Assembly: GCA_027490975.1 (NCBI GenBank)
Contig: JAIXXA010000132.1
Span: forward strand, 17,253 to 81,252
Length of the DNA: 64,000 nucleotides
Source: Rhodospirillaceae bacterium
GTDB taxonomy: Bacteria > Pseudomonadota > Alphaproteobacteria > CACIAM-22H2
Direction: 5' to 3'
Below the pieces are notes generated by a model that worked only from the letters and a program-made list of their open reading frames with translations, made no database searches and had not been told where the DNA came from. Positions 46,766-56,992 of the stretch are shown here, piece after piece (the first letter of the stretch is position 1; every line of letters begins with the position of its first letter). A program made the translations under genes and the position numbers.

Positions 46766-47614
46766 TTACGCGCCGTCGGTCGGAATTTCGTTCGCGGGAT
46801 CGTCCGTCGGCTCGAACAGCAAGACGCCGCCCAAGCTTGCCGGCAGAACCACGCTTCGGGACGCGCTGCCGGGCGGCGTCGCGAGCGCATAACCCGCAAT
46901 CCACGGCAAGCACGGCGGTGCGACGCCCAAGCGCCGTTCCGTGGCGGACGGATCGCGGAACACGAGCGTACCGCGCGCCGTTGCAAGTCCCGGCGCATCG
47001 TCGATGCGGATAGGCGCAAGGCCCGTATAGGCGGCATAACGCAGAACCGCCGCATGCGGGTCGGCCACACAGATCTCGACGTGTTTCAAGCGCGTCGCCT
47101 CGTTTTTGTGGCGCAGCCATCGTGCCTGCCACAGATGTTCCGGCGTGTGCTGTTCGACGAACTGCACACGGCCCTCTTCCATCACGCCCGGCTTGGTGCG
47201 CACGACCGTGAAGCGCGCTTCGCGAAAACCGTCCGGCGTTTCGATCGGGCGGCGCAAGGCGACGGGCTCGAGCGGCGCAAAGCCGTTGGCCTGCAGGCGC
47301 GCCTGGTCGCCCGCCGGATCGACGGTGCCGAACGCGATCAGATGCACGCCCGTGTAGCGCGCGATCCCGGCGCGCAAGGTGGCGGCGTTCGGCGTGTCGG
47401 CGATCGGCGCCAGGAATTCGAGATAGCCGCCTTCGAGCATCACGCAATGGTTGCCGGTCCCGGCCGGGATGGGCGGATCGCCGACGCTTTGCGCCGAAAA
47501 CGGCGTCACACAGAAGCCGAGATCGGCCAACGCGGCGGCCGCCGCCGCCGGGTCCGGCACCCAATGCGCAATATGGTCGAGCACGAGTTGGCCACGTTCG
47601 GGGCGCTGGCTCAT
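46766..47614 (-). CDS. VOC-family (glyoxalase/bleomycin-resistance/dioxygenase fold) protein
   Basis: Start MSQRPERGQLVLDHIAHWV at 47614 (ATGA overlap with the upstream MBL gene). Two VOC-like modules. The N-terminal extension of the 563-aa track ORF is an artefact. Confidence 0.7.
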   Translation of the reverse strand: MSQRPERGQLVLDHIAHWVPDPAAAAAALADLGFCVTPFSAQSVGDPPIPAGTGNHCVMLEGGYLEFLAPIADTPNAATLRAGIARYTGVHLIAFGTVDPAGDQARLQANGFAPLEPVALRRPIETPDGFREARFTVVRTKPGVMEEGRVQFVEQHTPEHLWQARWLRHKNEATRLKHVEICVADPHAAVLRYAAYTGLAPIRIDDAPGLATARGTLVFRDPSATERRLGVAPPCLPWIAGYALATPPGSASRSVVLPASLGGVLLFEPTDDPANEIPTDGA

Positions 47615-48492
47615 GGCTTGCGCCCGAGCTGCAGATGGAAATCGCGATGCGCCACGCGCCGCGTGGCACAGTCGAAGCGCATCAGATCTTCGCCGACCGC
47701 GATCGGCCCCGCATAGTCGCGCGCGACCTCGGCCAGCACCGCATCGCGATCGAAGCGCGTCGGCACAAAATGGTTCAGCACGAGCAGCTTCGCGTTCGCC
47801 TGGGCTGCGACACGCCCGACTTCGTCGGAGCGCGTATGGTATGAGGCCACGGCCGCAACCGTCGCGGCCGAGCGCACGCCGTGCACGGGCTGCAAGTCGC
47901 GATGCACAAAACATTCGTGCACCAGCACGTCGGCTTCGCGCGCGACTTCGATCAAAGCCGGGCAGAAAGCGGTATCGCCGCTGAAGGCGGCTTTGAGGCC
48001 TTCGGCTTCGAACACGAAGCCGAAGGCGTGGCGCACGGGCGCGTGGGCGACGGCGACGGCCGTCACGCGCACGCCGCCTTCGTCGAACACCGTCCCCGGT
48101 GCGATCTCGACCGTTTCGATTTCGAACGCGGCGACCGAGCCGCGCTGCTCGTGCGCGATGCGCAAGCGCCGCTCGGTTTCCCACAAAGCCATCGTGCCTT
48201 CGACAAAAGCCTTGGTGCCCGGCGGCCCGAACACGCGCTGCGCACGCGGCCGACCCTGATGCCAGCTCGAAATCACGAGCTGGTAGAAGTCGACGACATG
48301 GTCGGTGTGCAGATGCGTCAGAAACAGCGCGTCGATGTCGGCCCCGCGGCTGCCCGCTTCGACGAGGCGCTGGGTGACGCCCGAGCCGCAATCGACGAGA
48401 AACTGCTGCCCGCGCGCGCGCACCAAATTCGACGGGCCGCGACGCGCCGGGTCGCATTGCGGACAGCCCGTTCCCAGCAGCACGATTTCCAT
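47611..48492 (-). CDS. MBL-fold metallo-hydrolase (RNase Z / beta-lactamase superfamily)
   Basis: 293 aa. HLHTDHVVDF (HxHxDH) motif. Confidence 0.85.
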   Translation of the reverse strand: MEIVLLGTGCPQCDPARRGPSNLVRARGQQFLVDCGSGVTQRLVEAGSRGADIDALFLTHLHTDHVVDFYQLVISSWHQGRPRAQRVFGPPGTKAFVEGTMALWETERRLRIAHEQRGSVAAFEIETVEIAPGTVFDEGGVRVTAVAVAHAPVRHAFGFVFEAEGLKAAFSGDTAFCPALIEVAREADVLVHECFVHRDLQPVHGVRSAATVAAVASYHTRSDEVGRVAAQANAKLLVLNHFVPTRFDRDAVLAEVARDYAGPIAVGEDLMRFDCATRRVAHRDFHLQLGRKP

Positions 48493-48567
48493 CGCCGAAG
48501 ATCCCCCGCGTTCAAAGAACGCAAAGGATAGCGGCGTTCGGTCCGCGTTGCGAGATGCGCAAGCGTC

Positions 48568-49467
48568 TCAGAGGCCCCGGCGCGTGCGCTGGTTCTCTTC
48601 GATCATGCGGATCATGTCGTCGTATTCGCTGCGCGCGGCCGGCACAGGCTTCAGCATCTTGCCGTCGACGATGCCTTTCCACACCTCGGGTGCGTCGACC
48701 GGCATCGCGAGCAACGCGTCGCGATAGGCGGCCACCAGATCGTCGGGCAGTTTGCGCGCGACCCACGGCGAATTGGGAATGAGCGGCGAGCGCCAGACGA
48801 TGCGCACCGCCCCTGCCGGGATCATCTTCTTTTCTTCCATGCGCGTGATGTTGCTGCGCTCGGCATTGTTCCACCAGGTCGCGGCCGCGTCGTACTGGTT
48901 GCCGACCACGGCCAGAACGCCGGTCTCGTGGTTGCCGGCAAAGCCCGTGCGCGCGAAATGGCGGGCCGGAACGAGGCCTTCTTTGGCCATGAAATAGCTT
49001 GGTGCGACGAAGCCCGAGGCCGAATTGGGATCGGCGAAGGCGATGCTCCTGCCGCGCAGATCGGCGAGCGAGCGGAAGCTCGAATCCGCGCGCACGACCA
49101 CGACCGAGTGGTAGCCGACAGCCCCGTCGAGATCCATGTCCTTGGCGATCGGCACGATGTCTTCGCCCATCAGCTGCACGGCGCGCGCATAGGCGGCCGG
49201 CCCCATGCGCGCGAACTCGACCTGGCGTGCGGCCAAGGCTTCGACGACGGCGGCATAGTCGTTGCCGCGCCGCACCGTGACCGGCACGCCGAGCTTGGCG
49301 CGCATGTAGCCTGCAAAAGCGTCGAACCGCACCAGCGTGTCAGCTTCGTTTTCGGCACTTGTGATGCCGAAGCGCAGTTCTTTGAACGAGGCGCGCCAAT
49401 CTGCCTTGGCCGGCAGGGCGCCGAATGCGGCAAGTATGGCGCAGGCCGCAAGCAGATGCTTCAGCAT
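48568..49467 (-). CDS. PhnD/SsuA-type ABC substrate-binding protein (phosphonate/phosphite-binding family), orphan
   Basis: Start MLKHLLAACAILAAFGALPAKA (signal peptide) at 49467. PhnD-like body (RFGITSAENE...GYHSVVVVRADS). No cognate phnC/phnE adjacent. Confidence 0.8.
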   Translation of the reverse strand: MLKHLLAACAILAAFGALPAKADWRASFKELRFGITSAENEADTLVRFDAFAGYMRAKLGVPVTVRRGNDYAAVVEALAARQVEFARMGPAAYARAVQLMGEDIVPIAKDMDLDGAVGYHSVVVVRADSSFRSLADLRGRSIAFADPNSASGFVAPSYFMAKEGLVPARHFARTGFAGNHETGVLAVVGNQYDAAATWWNNAERSNITRMEEKKMIPAGAVRIVWRSPLIPNSPWVARKLPDDLVAAYRDALLAMPVDAPEVWKGIVDGKMLKPVPAARSEYDDMIRMIEENQRTRRGL

Positions 49468-49632
49468 GGCGAATCCTCCCTCTCGAACGGGTTGAACCGG
49501 GTCTAAGTGTGCGCCGACGCCGTGGCGGTCGCATGACGGCTCGAATAACCTTGTGCGACGAAGTCCCTCGATGGCACGGCGCTTGCTCACCCGAATGCGG
49601 CCGTCTAACGCTGCAGAAAACAAAGGAAATCG

Positions 49633-50673
<1,041 letters not shown>

Positions 50674-50704
50674 TTTTGCGCTTCGAAAAAAGAGGAGTCC
50701 GACC

Positions 50705-51760
50705 ATGAAAAAACATCTGAACCGTCGCCAGTTCGGCACGGCCCTGCTGGGGGCGGGTGCCGCCACGCTCGCCTCGCCCGCAATCTTCGGCCTCAATGCC
50801 GTGGCGCAGATAAGGCGCGGCGACGAACTCGTCGTCGGCATTTGGGGCGGCGCGCAGGAGCGCATCACGCGCCAGCACATCGTGCGCCCGCTCGAGGAGA
50901 AGCACGGCGTCAAAATCAACTACGTGCTCGGCGGCACGCCCGAGCGGCGCGCGCGCGCCTACCAGGAACGCGGCCGGCCCTCCTTCGACCTGCTCTATCT
51001 GAACATTTTCGAAAGCCGCCAGGCCGTCAAAGACGGGGTCACGCAAGCGCCCGCCCTCGACCGCGTGCCGAACGCCAAGTTCCTCTACGAGCCCGCCAAG
51101 CTCGGCGGCTACGGCGTTGCCTTCAATCCCGTCACGATCGTCTACGACAAGCGCAAGGGCTCGGTTGCGTCGTGGAAGGATCTGTGGAAGCCCGAATGGA
51201 AGGGCCGCATCGCTTGGCCGAGCTATCCGGGCGCGCAAGGCACGGCCGGCCTGCTGATGGCCGCCAAAGTGTGGGGCGGCTCGGAGCGCAATATCGACAT
51301 CGGCTTCCAGAAGATCCGCGAGCTGAAGCCGTTTGCGGCGATCCAGGGCAGCCAGGACCAGCTCTACACGATGTTCGACCAGGGGGTCGCCGACATCTCG
51401 ATCGAATTCGGCTCCTTCACGCGCAGCTACGCCGAAACGCGCAACGCCAATATCGAGATCGCCAACCCGGCCGAAGGCCAGGCTTTGGCGCAGAACGTGG
51501 CGTGCCCGACGGTCGGCACCACCAAGCAAGCGCTGGTCGAGGCCTTCATCGACCTGCATCTGGGCGAAGCCTGCCAGCTCGCTTACGCGCGCGAGATCTA
51601 CTATTCGCCGACGGTGAGCAACCTTGCGATCCCGGCCGACCTGCGGCCGAAGCTGGTACTCGGCGACGACGTCAAGAAGCTCGTCGATTTCGACTGGGAT
51701 CATGTGATTTCGCAGCAGACGGCCTGGTCGTCGCGCTTCAACCGCGAAATCGCAGGCTGA
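50705..51760 (+). CDS. ABC transporter periplasmic substrate-binding protein (PotD/PotF-like, Tat signal)
   Basis: ATG at 50705. Twin-arginine signal MKKHLNRRQFGTALLGAGAATLASPA. Confidence 0.85.
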   Translation: MKKHLNRRQFGTALLGAGAATLASPAIFGLNAVAQIRRGDELVVGIWGGAQERITRQHIVRPLEEKHGVKINYVLGGTPERRARAYQERGRPSFDLLYLNIFESRQAVKDGVTQAPALDRVPNAKFLYEPAKLGGYGVAFNPVTIVYDKRKGSVASWKDLWKPEWKGRIAWPSYPGAQGTAGLLMAAKVWGGSERNIDIGFQKIRELKPFAAIQGSQDQLYTMFDQGVADISIEFGSFTRSYAETRNANIEIANPAEGQALAQNVACPTVGTTKQALVEAFIDLHLGEACQLAYAREIYYSPTVSNLAIPADLRPKLVLGDDVKKLVDFDWDHVISQQTAWSSRFNREIAG

Positions 51761-51801
51761 CGAAACACGGGCCCAGCCAAGCGCGGAAGGACCACGACAG
51801 C

Positions 51802-53517
51802 ATGACTCGCGACCGCGCTTGGTTGGGCGTTCTCCTCTCGGCTCCGGCGACGGCATGGCTTGCCGTCGCCTTCGCCGCCCCATTGGCCGTCGTTGCCCTG
51901 CTGTCGCTGCAGGAAACGGCCGATCCTTTTGCGGCCCTGTCGCTCGTTCCGTCCTTCAAGCAATTCGCCGACATTCTGGGCGACCGCTATTTCCTCGGCA
52001 TCATCGCCGAAACGATCCTGCTGGGCTTGGGCGTGACATTGGGTGCGGTTGTGCTCGGCTATCCGCTGGCGATGTGGCTGGCGGGCTTGCCGCAGCGCTG
52101 GCGCTCGGTTGCGTTTGCGGTGGTGCTGATCCCGCTTCTCACCAACGTGGTCGTGCGCTCGCTCGGCATCGTGCTGCTGCTCGCACCCGACGGCCTCTTC
52201 AACGGTTTCTTGCGGCCTTTCGGGCTCGCGCGCCCGCAAGGCTATGTATTCACGCATTTCGCCGTCGCGATCGCGTTGATCCAGGTGTTTTTGCCGTTCA
52301 TGGTGCTGTCGCTCTACGATTCGCTTGCCAATCTCGACGGCCGCTTCAAAGAGGCCGCGGCCTCGCTGGGCGCGTCGCGCGCGCGCATCTTTTTTGCGGT
52401 GACCCTGCCCTTGTCGCTGCAGGGCCTGCGCGCAGGCGTTACCATCGTGTTCCTGCTGTCGTCGACTGCCTACGTGTCGGCGACGATCCTGGGCGGCAAG
52501 AAGGTGTGGACCACCGGCATGATCGTCTGGCAGGAGGCGCTGCAGAATCTGAACGCGCCGACGGCTGCTGCCCTTGCGATGATCATGCTGGCATGGGGCA
52601 TCGGTTTTGCGTTTCTGGCCGAGCGCATCGTGCGCCGCTTCTCGCCGTGGCTTGCCCCCGACAGGCCGCGACAAGCGCCGATCGCGCTGCCCGCCGCGTT
52701 CGAGCGCGTGCTGGTGCGCGCAGCCGATTTCTGCGGCCAAGCGCTGTGGCACCTGCTGCTGGCACTCGGCATTCTTCTGCTGCTGTTCCCGCTGATGCTG
52801 GTGGCCGTGCAGTCCTTCAACGACGTGCCGCAGGCAAGCGTGGCGGGTTTCCGGGCCTTTACGTTCAAATGGTATGCGGCCGTGTTCGAGGTGGGCGCCT
52901 ATTTGCGCGCCTTCGAGATCTCGGCGCAGCTTGCCGCCGCCTCGGTCGCCTGCGCGCTCGCTTTGGCGCTGCCGGCCGCCTTCGTGCTCGTGCGCTTCGG
53001 CTATCCCGGACGCGGCGCGGTGCAGGCTTTCTGGATGCTACCGCTCGCCCTGCCGCATGTCGCGATCGGCGTGGGCATGCTGCGGCTGCTGCAATGGTAC
53101 GTCGCGATCCCGCCTTTCATAGGGCTGCTGCTCGTGCATGTGGTGCTGATCGTGCCGTTTGCGATCTCGCTGCTGCGCAGCTCGGTTCTGCAGCTCGACA
53201 CGGCCCTCGAGCAGGCGGCGGCGTCGCTGGGTGCCAATCCGGTGCGCGTGTTTTTCCTGATCGTGCTGCCCAATCTCGCGCCCGGCCTCGCCGTTGCCGG
53301 CATCATCGGGTTCCTGATTTCGTTCGGCGAGGTGACGGTCACCTCGTTCCTCACCACAGCACGGCTCACCACGCTGCCGGTGCGCATCTATGCCGAGGCG
53401 AGTTTCAGCCTCGAGCCGACCGTGCACGCGGTCTCGACCCTGCTGATTCTGGCGACCGTCGCCCTGCTCGCGATCGTCAATCGCTTCGTAAAGCTCGACC
53501 GCGTCTGGGCAAAATAG
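51802..53517 (+). CDS. Fused two-domain ABC permease (PotB-like + PotC-like in one 571-aa polypeptide)
   Basis: Two consecutive 6-TM permease modules, each with its own EAA loop (EAAASLGASRARIFFAVTLP and EQAAASLGANPVRVFFLIVLP). Start MTRDRAWLG at 51802. The upstream part of the 891-aa track ORF is out of context. Confidence 0.85.
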   Translation: MTRDRAWLGVLLSAPATAWLAVAFAAPLAVVALLSLQETADPFAALSLVPSFKQFADILGDRYFLGIIAETILLGLGVTLGAVVLGYPLAMWLAGLPQRWRSVAFAVVLIPLLTNVVVRSLGIVLLLAPDGLFNGFLRPFGLARPQGYVFTHFAVAIALIQVFLPFMVLSLYDSLANLDGRFKEAAASLGASRARIFFAVTLPLSLQGLRAGVTIVFLLSSTAYVSATILGGKKVWTTGMIVWQEALQNLNAPTAAALAMIMLAWGIGFAFLAERIVRRFSPWLAPDRPRQAPIALPAAFERVLVRAADFCGQALWHLLLALGILLLLFPLMLVAVQSFNDVPQASVAGFRAFTFKWYAAVFEVGAYLRAFEISAQLAAASVACALALALPAAFVLVRFGYPGRGAVQAFWMLPLALPHVAIGVGMLRLLQWYVAIPPFIGLLLVHVVLIVPFAISLLRSSVLQLDTALEQAAASLGANPVRVFFLIVLPNLAPGLAVAGIIGFLISFGEVTVTSFLTTARLTTLPVRIYAEASFSLEPTVHAVSTLLILATVALLAIVNRFVKLDRVWAK

Positions 53518-53588
53518 GGTTAACGAATATCGCTTGCCGGTTTTGGGCGCTGCGCTAGAATGTACGTCTTGCTTTCGGGAGAATTTCG

Positions 53589-53804
53589 ATGGCTTCGAGC
53601 ATCAGCGACAGCGTGCCCGGCGGCACGCCGCAGACCCAGCGCCCGACCGAAACGACGCAGACGGCGCCGTCCAGCGCCCCGCGCGACGGGATCACGCGCC
53701 GCGACACCGTGCCCGCGAGCCAAGAGAGCGTCACGCGCGCCGATGCGCCCCCGCCGCCGCCGGCCGGCACCCAGCGCGGCCAGACGGTCGATATCAGCGT
53801 CTAA
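53589..53804 (+). CDS. Possible small (71 aa) low-complexity S/T/P/Q-rich protein
   Basis: GGGAGA RBS 7 nt upstream of the ATG. Almost every codon ends in G/C, consistent with coding in this genome. No homology recognised, and it could be noncoding. Confidence 0.3.
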   Translation: MASSISDSVPGGTPQTQRPTETTQTAPSSAPRDGITRRDTVPASQESVTRADAPPPPPAGTQRGQTVDISV

Positions 53805-53828
53805 TCGTAGCCGTTCGGCCGCGGCGCT

Positions 53829-55415
53829 TCAGTTCGCCGCGAGCCACACGCCGCCCAAATCCTGACCGAGAAGATGCGACGGCGTGATGTGCCAGCCGCG
53901 CACGTTCGATGCCAGCGGCACAATGCGCGTGAACCAGAATAGCGGCACGGTATAGGCCAGATCGAACGTATGGATCTGGAAGTCGCGCACCAGCGCCTTG
54001 CGCTTGGCGAAATCGGTCTCGCGCTCCTGCGCGTCGAAGATTTCGTCGAGACGCCGGTCGAGATGGCGCGACACGTTGAAACCCGGCACGCGGTCGATTG
54101 AGATGAAGCGCCGCAGCTGGAAATTCGGTTCGTCGGCGAACTCGGTCGTGAAATCGAGCATGACCTGGAACTGGCCCGAGGTGCGGGCCGAGAAATAGGT
54201 CGCCCGCTCGGCCTGGCGCTGCTCGACCGTGACGCCGATCTGGCGCCATTGGTCGATCGCCCACACGGCCACGGTCGGGAAGGGCGGCAGCGACATCGAA
54301 ATGATCTCGAAGCGCAGATTGGGCACGCCCGCCTCCTGCAAGAGGCGGCGCGCTTCGGCGCGATTGCGCGCCATGTCGCGTCCCATGCCGGGGTATGTCG
54401 CAAGTTCGGCTGCCGTCGGCGCATAGGCATAGCCCGGTCGCAGCAGCGAGCCAACCGCACTCACCTGCGACACGCGGGCGAGCGCCTCGACCGAACCCCA
54501 ACGGTCGAGCGCAAGGTTGAGGGCGCGGCGCACGCGCACGTCGTCGAACGGCTTTTGTTCGATATTGAAGGAGAGGATCAGGCCCGAAAGCCAAGACTCT
54601 TCCTGGAAGGCGACGCGCGGGCCCGCCACGCGGGCCTTTTCGGCCGGACTGATGCCGCGGAACTCGGCCATCACCTGCCCGCCTTGGATGGCGTTCAGCA
54701 TTGCAGCGCCGCTCATCGTCACGGCGCGGAAGCCGTCGAGATAGGGCTGGCCCGCACGGAAATAGCCGTCGAAGCGCTTGCCGGTCCAATGCGAGCCGCG
54801 CACGCGTTCGCCGAACACGAACGGGCCCGAGCCCATCGTTTCCTTCTCCGGATAGACCGGATCTTGGGCGAGCTTGGCGGCCGAGTAGATGCAATTGAAC
54901 GGCGCCGCGAGATACGTCATGAACGCGGGATTGGGATTGTTGAGGCGGAAAACGACCGTGTCGGCGCTGGGTGCGTCGATCGCGGCCACGTCGGCGAAAT
55001 GGTCGCGCCGCGCCGAGCGCGCGCCGCCGGTCGGGTTGCGGATGCGCTCGAAGCTCGCTTTGACGTCGGCCGCCGTGAGCGGCGAGCCGTCGTGGAAGCG
55101 CACGGGCTGCGCGATTTTGAAGCTGTAGGTCTTGCCGTCGGGCGACACGGTCCACGACGTGGCGAGATCGCCCTCGATTTCGGGATATTTTGTCGCGTTG
55201 AACCGCACCAGGGTCGAATAATGGGGGGCGAGATGGTGGATGACCGCGAAATTCGTCGCCGCGTGGCAGTCGGTGGTGTCGGGCTCGCCGCCGACCGCAA
55301 AAATCATCTCGCCGCCGCGCCGCGGCGTTTCCTGCGCCGAAGCAGTGCCGAAGCCCGAAATGCCGACGAACGCCAATCCAGCGAGGGCAAGCCCCGCGAC
55401 TGTCCGAAACCACAT
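53829..55415 (-). CDS. ABC transporter substrate-binding protein, family 5 (peptide/nickel/opine type), orphan
   Basis: Start at MWFRTVAGLALAGLAFVGISGFGTASA (signal peptide). SBP_bac_5 body. No permease or ATPase genes adjacent. Confidence 0.85.
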   Translation of the reverse strand: MWFRTVAGLALAGLAFVGISGFGTASAQETPRRGGEMIFAVGGEPDTTDCHAATNFAVIHHLAPHYSTLVRFNATKYPEIEGDLATSWTVSPDGKTYSFKIAQPVRFHDGSPLTAADVKASFERIRNPTGGARSARRDHFADVAAIDAPSADTVVFRLNNPNPAFMTYLAAPFNCIYSAAKLAQDPVYPEKETMGSGPFVFGERVRGSHWTGKRFDGYFRAGQPYLDGFRAVTMSGAAMLNAIQGGQVMAEFRGISPAEKARVAGPRVAFQEESWLSGLILSFNIEQKPFDDVRVRRALNLALDRWGSVEALARVSQVSAVGSLLRPGYAYAPTAAELATYPGMGRDMARNRAEARRLLQEAGVPNLRFEIISMSLPPFPTVAVWAIDQWRQIGVTVEQRQAERATYFSARTSGQFQVMLDFTTEFADEPNFQLRRFISIDRVPGFNVSRHLDRRLDEIFDAQERETDFAKRKALVRDFQIHTFDLAYTVPLFWFTRIVPLASNVRGWHITPSHLLGQDLGGVWLAAN

Positions 55416-55493
55416 GGCCGTTTCTCCCAAAACAACTTTATGAGACACAGCTTATAGGGCAAGCGGGGGCCAGGGCAAGCGGAGGACCGGGCA

Positions 55494-56291
55494 ATGGAAC
55501 AAAGCATTCTGAAACGTCCGGGCGCGGACCTGCACTATTGGAGCTTCGGATCGGGACCGGCTCTCGTTTTTGCGCACGGGCTCGGGGGCAACGCACTGTC
55601 CTGGTGGCAGCAGATCCCATACTTCCAGCGCAGATGGCGCTGCATCACGTTTTCGCATCGCGGCTTCGCACCTTCGACGGTAGCAAGCGGCCTGCCTGAT
55701 CCCGCCGATTACGCGGGCGACCTTGCGGCCCTGGTCGACCATCTCGGTCTCGGCGATGTGGCGATCGTCGCCCAATCGATGGGCGGCTGGGGTGCGGTCG
55801 AATTCGCGCTGCAGGCGCCGAAGCGCGTGCGCGCGATCGTGCTGGCCGCCACGAGCGGAACGTTCGACGCGCGTGCGGCCGATCCAAAGGCTTTTGCGGC
55901 ATGGGAGGTTTGGGCCGCCGCCGAACGCCTGCGCCTCAACGCCGCTTCGATCCATCCGGCGGCAGGCGAAGCCATGGCCCGGGATCGGCCCGACCTCAAA
56001 TTCCTCTACAGCAGCATCGACGCGATGTCGCAGGGGCTCGACAAAGAAGCCCTGCGCAAGCGCCTGTTTGCCGCCCGCGTGCGCCCGCTTGGCGATGCCG
56101 CGCGTTTGCCCATGCCCGTGCTCGTCGCGTGCGGGGAAAAGGACCCGGTCTTCGCCTCGCCCCTGGGGGCTGCGTTTGCTGCCGCTTTCCCGCAAGGCCG
56201 GCATATTGAATTTGCAAAAGCCGGGCATTCGGCCTATTTCGAAATCGCGCCCGAATTCAATCGCCGGATAGAGGCTTTCCTCGCCCCATGA
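55494..56291 (+). CDS. Alpha/beta-fold hydrolase
   Basis: 265 aa. HGLGGN oxyanion region, nucleophile elbow AQSMGG, C-terminal GHSAY (His). Confidence 0.85.
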   Translation: MEQSILKRPGADLHYWSFGSGPALVFAHGLGGNALSWWQQIPYFQRRWRCITFSHRGFAPSTVASGLPDPADYAGDLAALVDHLGLGDVAIVAQSMGGWGAVEFALQAPKRVRAIVLAATSGTFDARAADPKAFAAWEVWAAAERLRLNAASIHPAAGEAMARDRPDLKFLYSSIDAMSQGLDKEALRKRLFAARVRPLGDAARLPMPVLVACGEKDPVFASPLGAAFAAAFPQGRHIEFAKAGHSAYFEIAPEFNRRIEAFLAP

Positions 56292-56989
56292 AAGCGCCGA
56301 TCTTCTACAGCAAACCGGTCCCGCTCGCGGCCGAAATCCACGGCACCAAGCGCTTTCGCGCGATCGCCGATTTCCGCTTCGCGCGCGCGGCCAACGCGGT
56401 TCCGCTTGGGGCCAGCGAAATGGGGATTGCAGCGCGCCACTATCCGCTCGTCTTCGCTGCAACCGAGCCCGGCGGCATTGCCGCGATCCTGGGCGTGCAG
56501 ACGGGCGAAAACCTTTTCGTCGATGCCGACGGCAAATGGGCGCCGGACGTCTACGTACCGGCTTTCGTGCGCCGCTATCCGTTCGCCTTCGCCGAGCAGG
56601 ACGACAAACTGATCTTGTGCATCGACGAAGCGGCGAACGCGCTCGACGACGCAGAAGGGCCGTGGCTGTTCAACGTCGACGGGACCACGACCGGGTTCAC
56701 CGACCAGGTCGTGCAGTTCAACCGCGAATTCCAGATCCAAGCGCGAAGTGCCGCCGAATTTGCGGCTGCCGCCGCCGCCGCGGGCTTGCTCGCCGAAAAC
56801 CGAGCGGAGATCGAAACCCGCAGCGGCAAAAAGATGACGCTCGGCGGGTTCCGCGTGATCGACCGCGCCAAATTCGAAGCGCTGTCCGACGAAACCTTCC
56901 TCGATTGGCGCAAGCGCGGCTGGCTCGACATGGCGGCAGCGCACTTCCTGTCGTTCCATTCCTGGCAGAATCTGATCGCGCGCGCCTGA
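56288..56989 (+). CDS. SapC-family protein
   Basis: 233 aa with ATGA overlap with the hydrolase. NAVPLGASEMGIAARHYPLVF...YVPAFVRRYPFAF matches the SapC family (PF07277). Confidence 0.7.
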   Translation: MKAPIFYSKPVPLAAEIHGTKRFRAIADFRFARAANAVPLGASEMGIAARHYPLVFAATEPGGIAAILGVQTGENLFVDADGKWAPDVYVPAFVRRYPFAFAEQDDKLILCIDEAANALDDAEGPWLFNVDGTTTGFTDQVVQFNREFQIQARSAAEFAAAAAAAGLLAENRAEIETRSGKKMTLGGFRVIDRAKFEALSDETFLDWRKRGWLDMAAAHFLSFHSWQNLIARA

Positions 56990-56992
56990 CGT

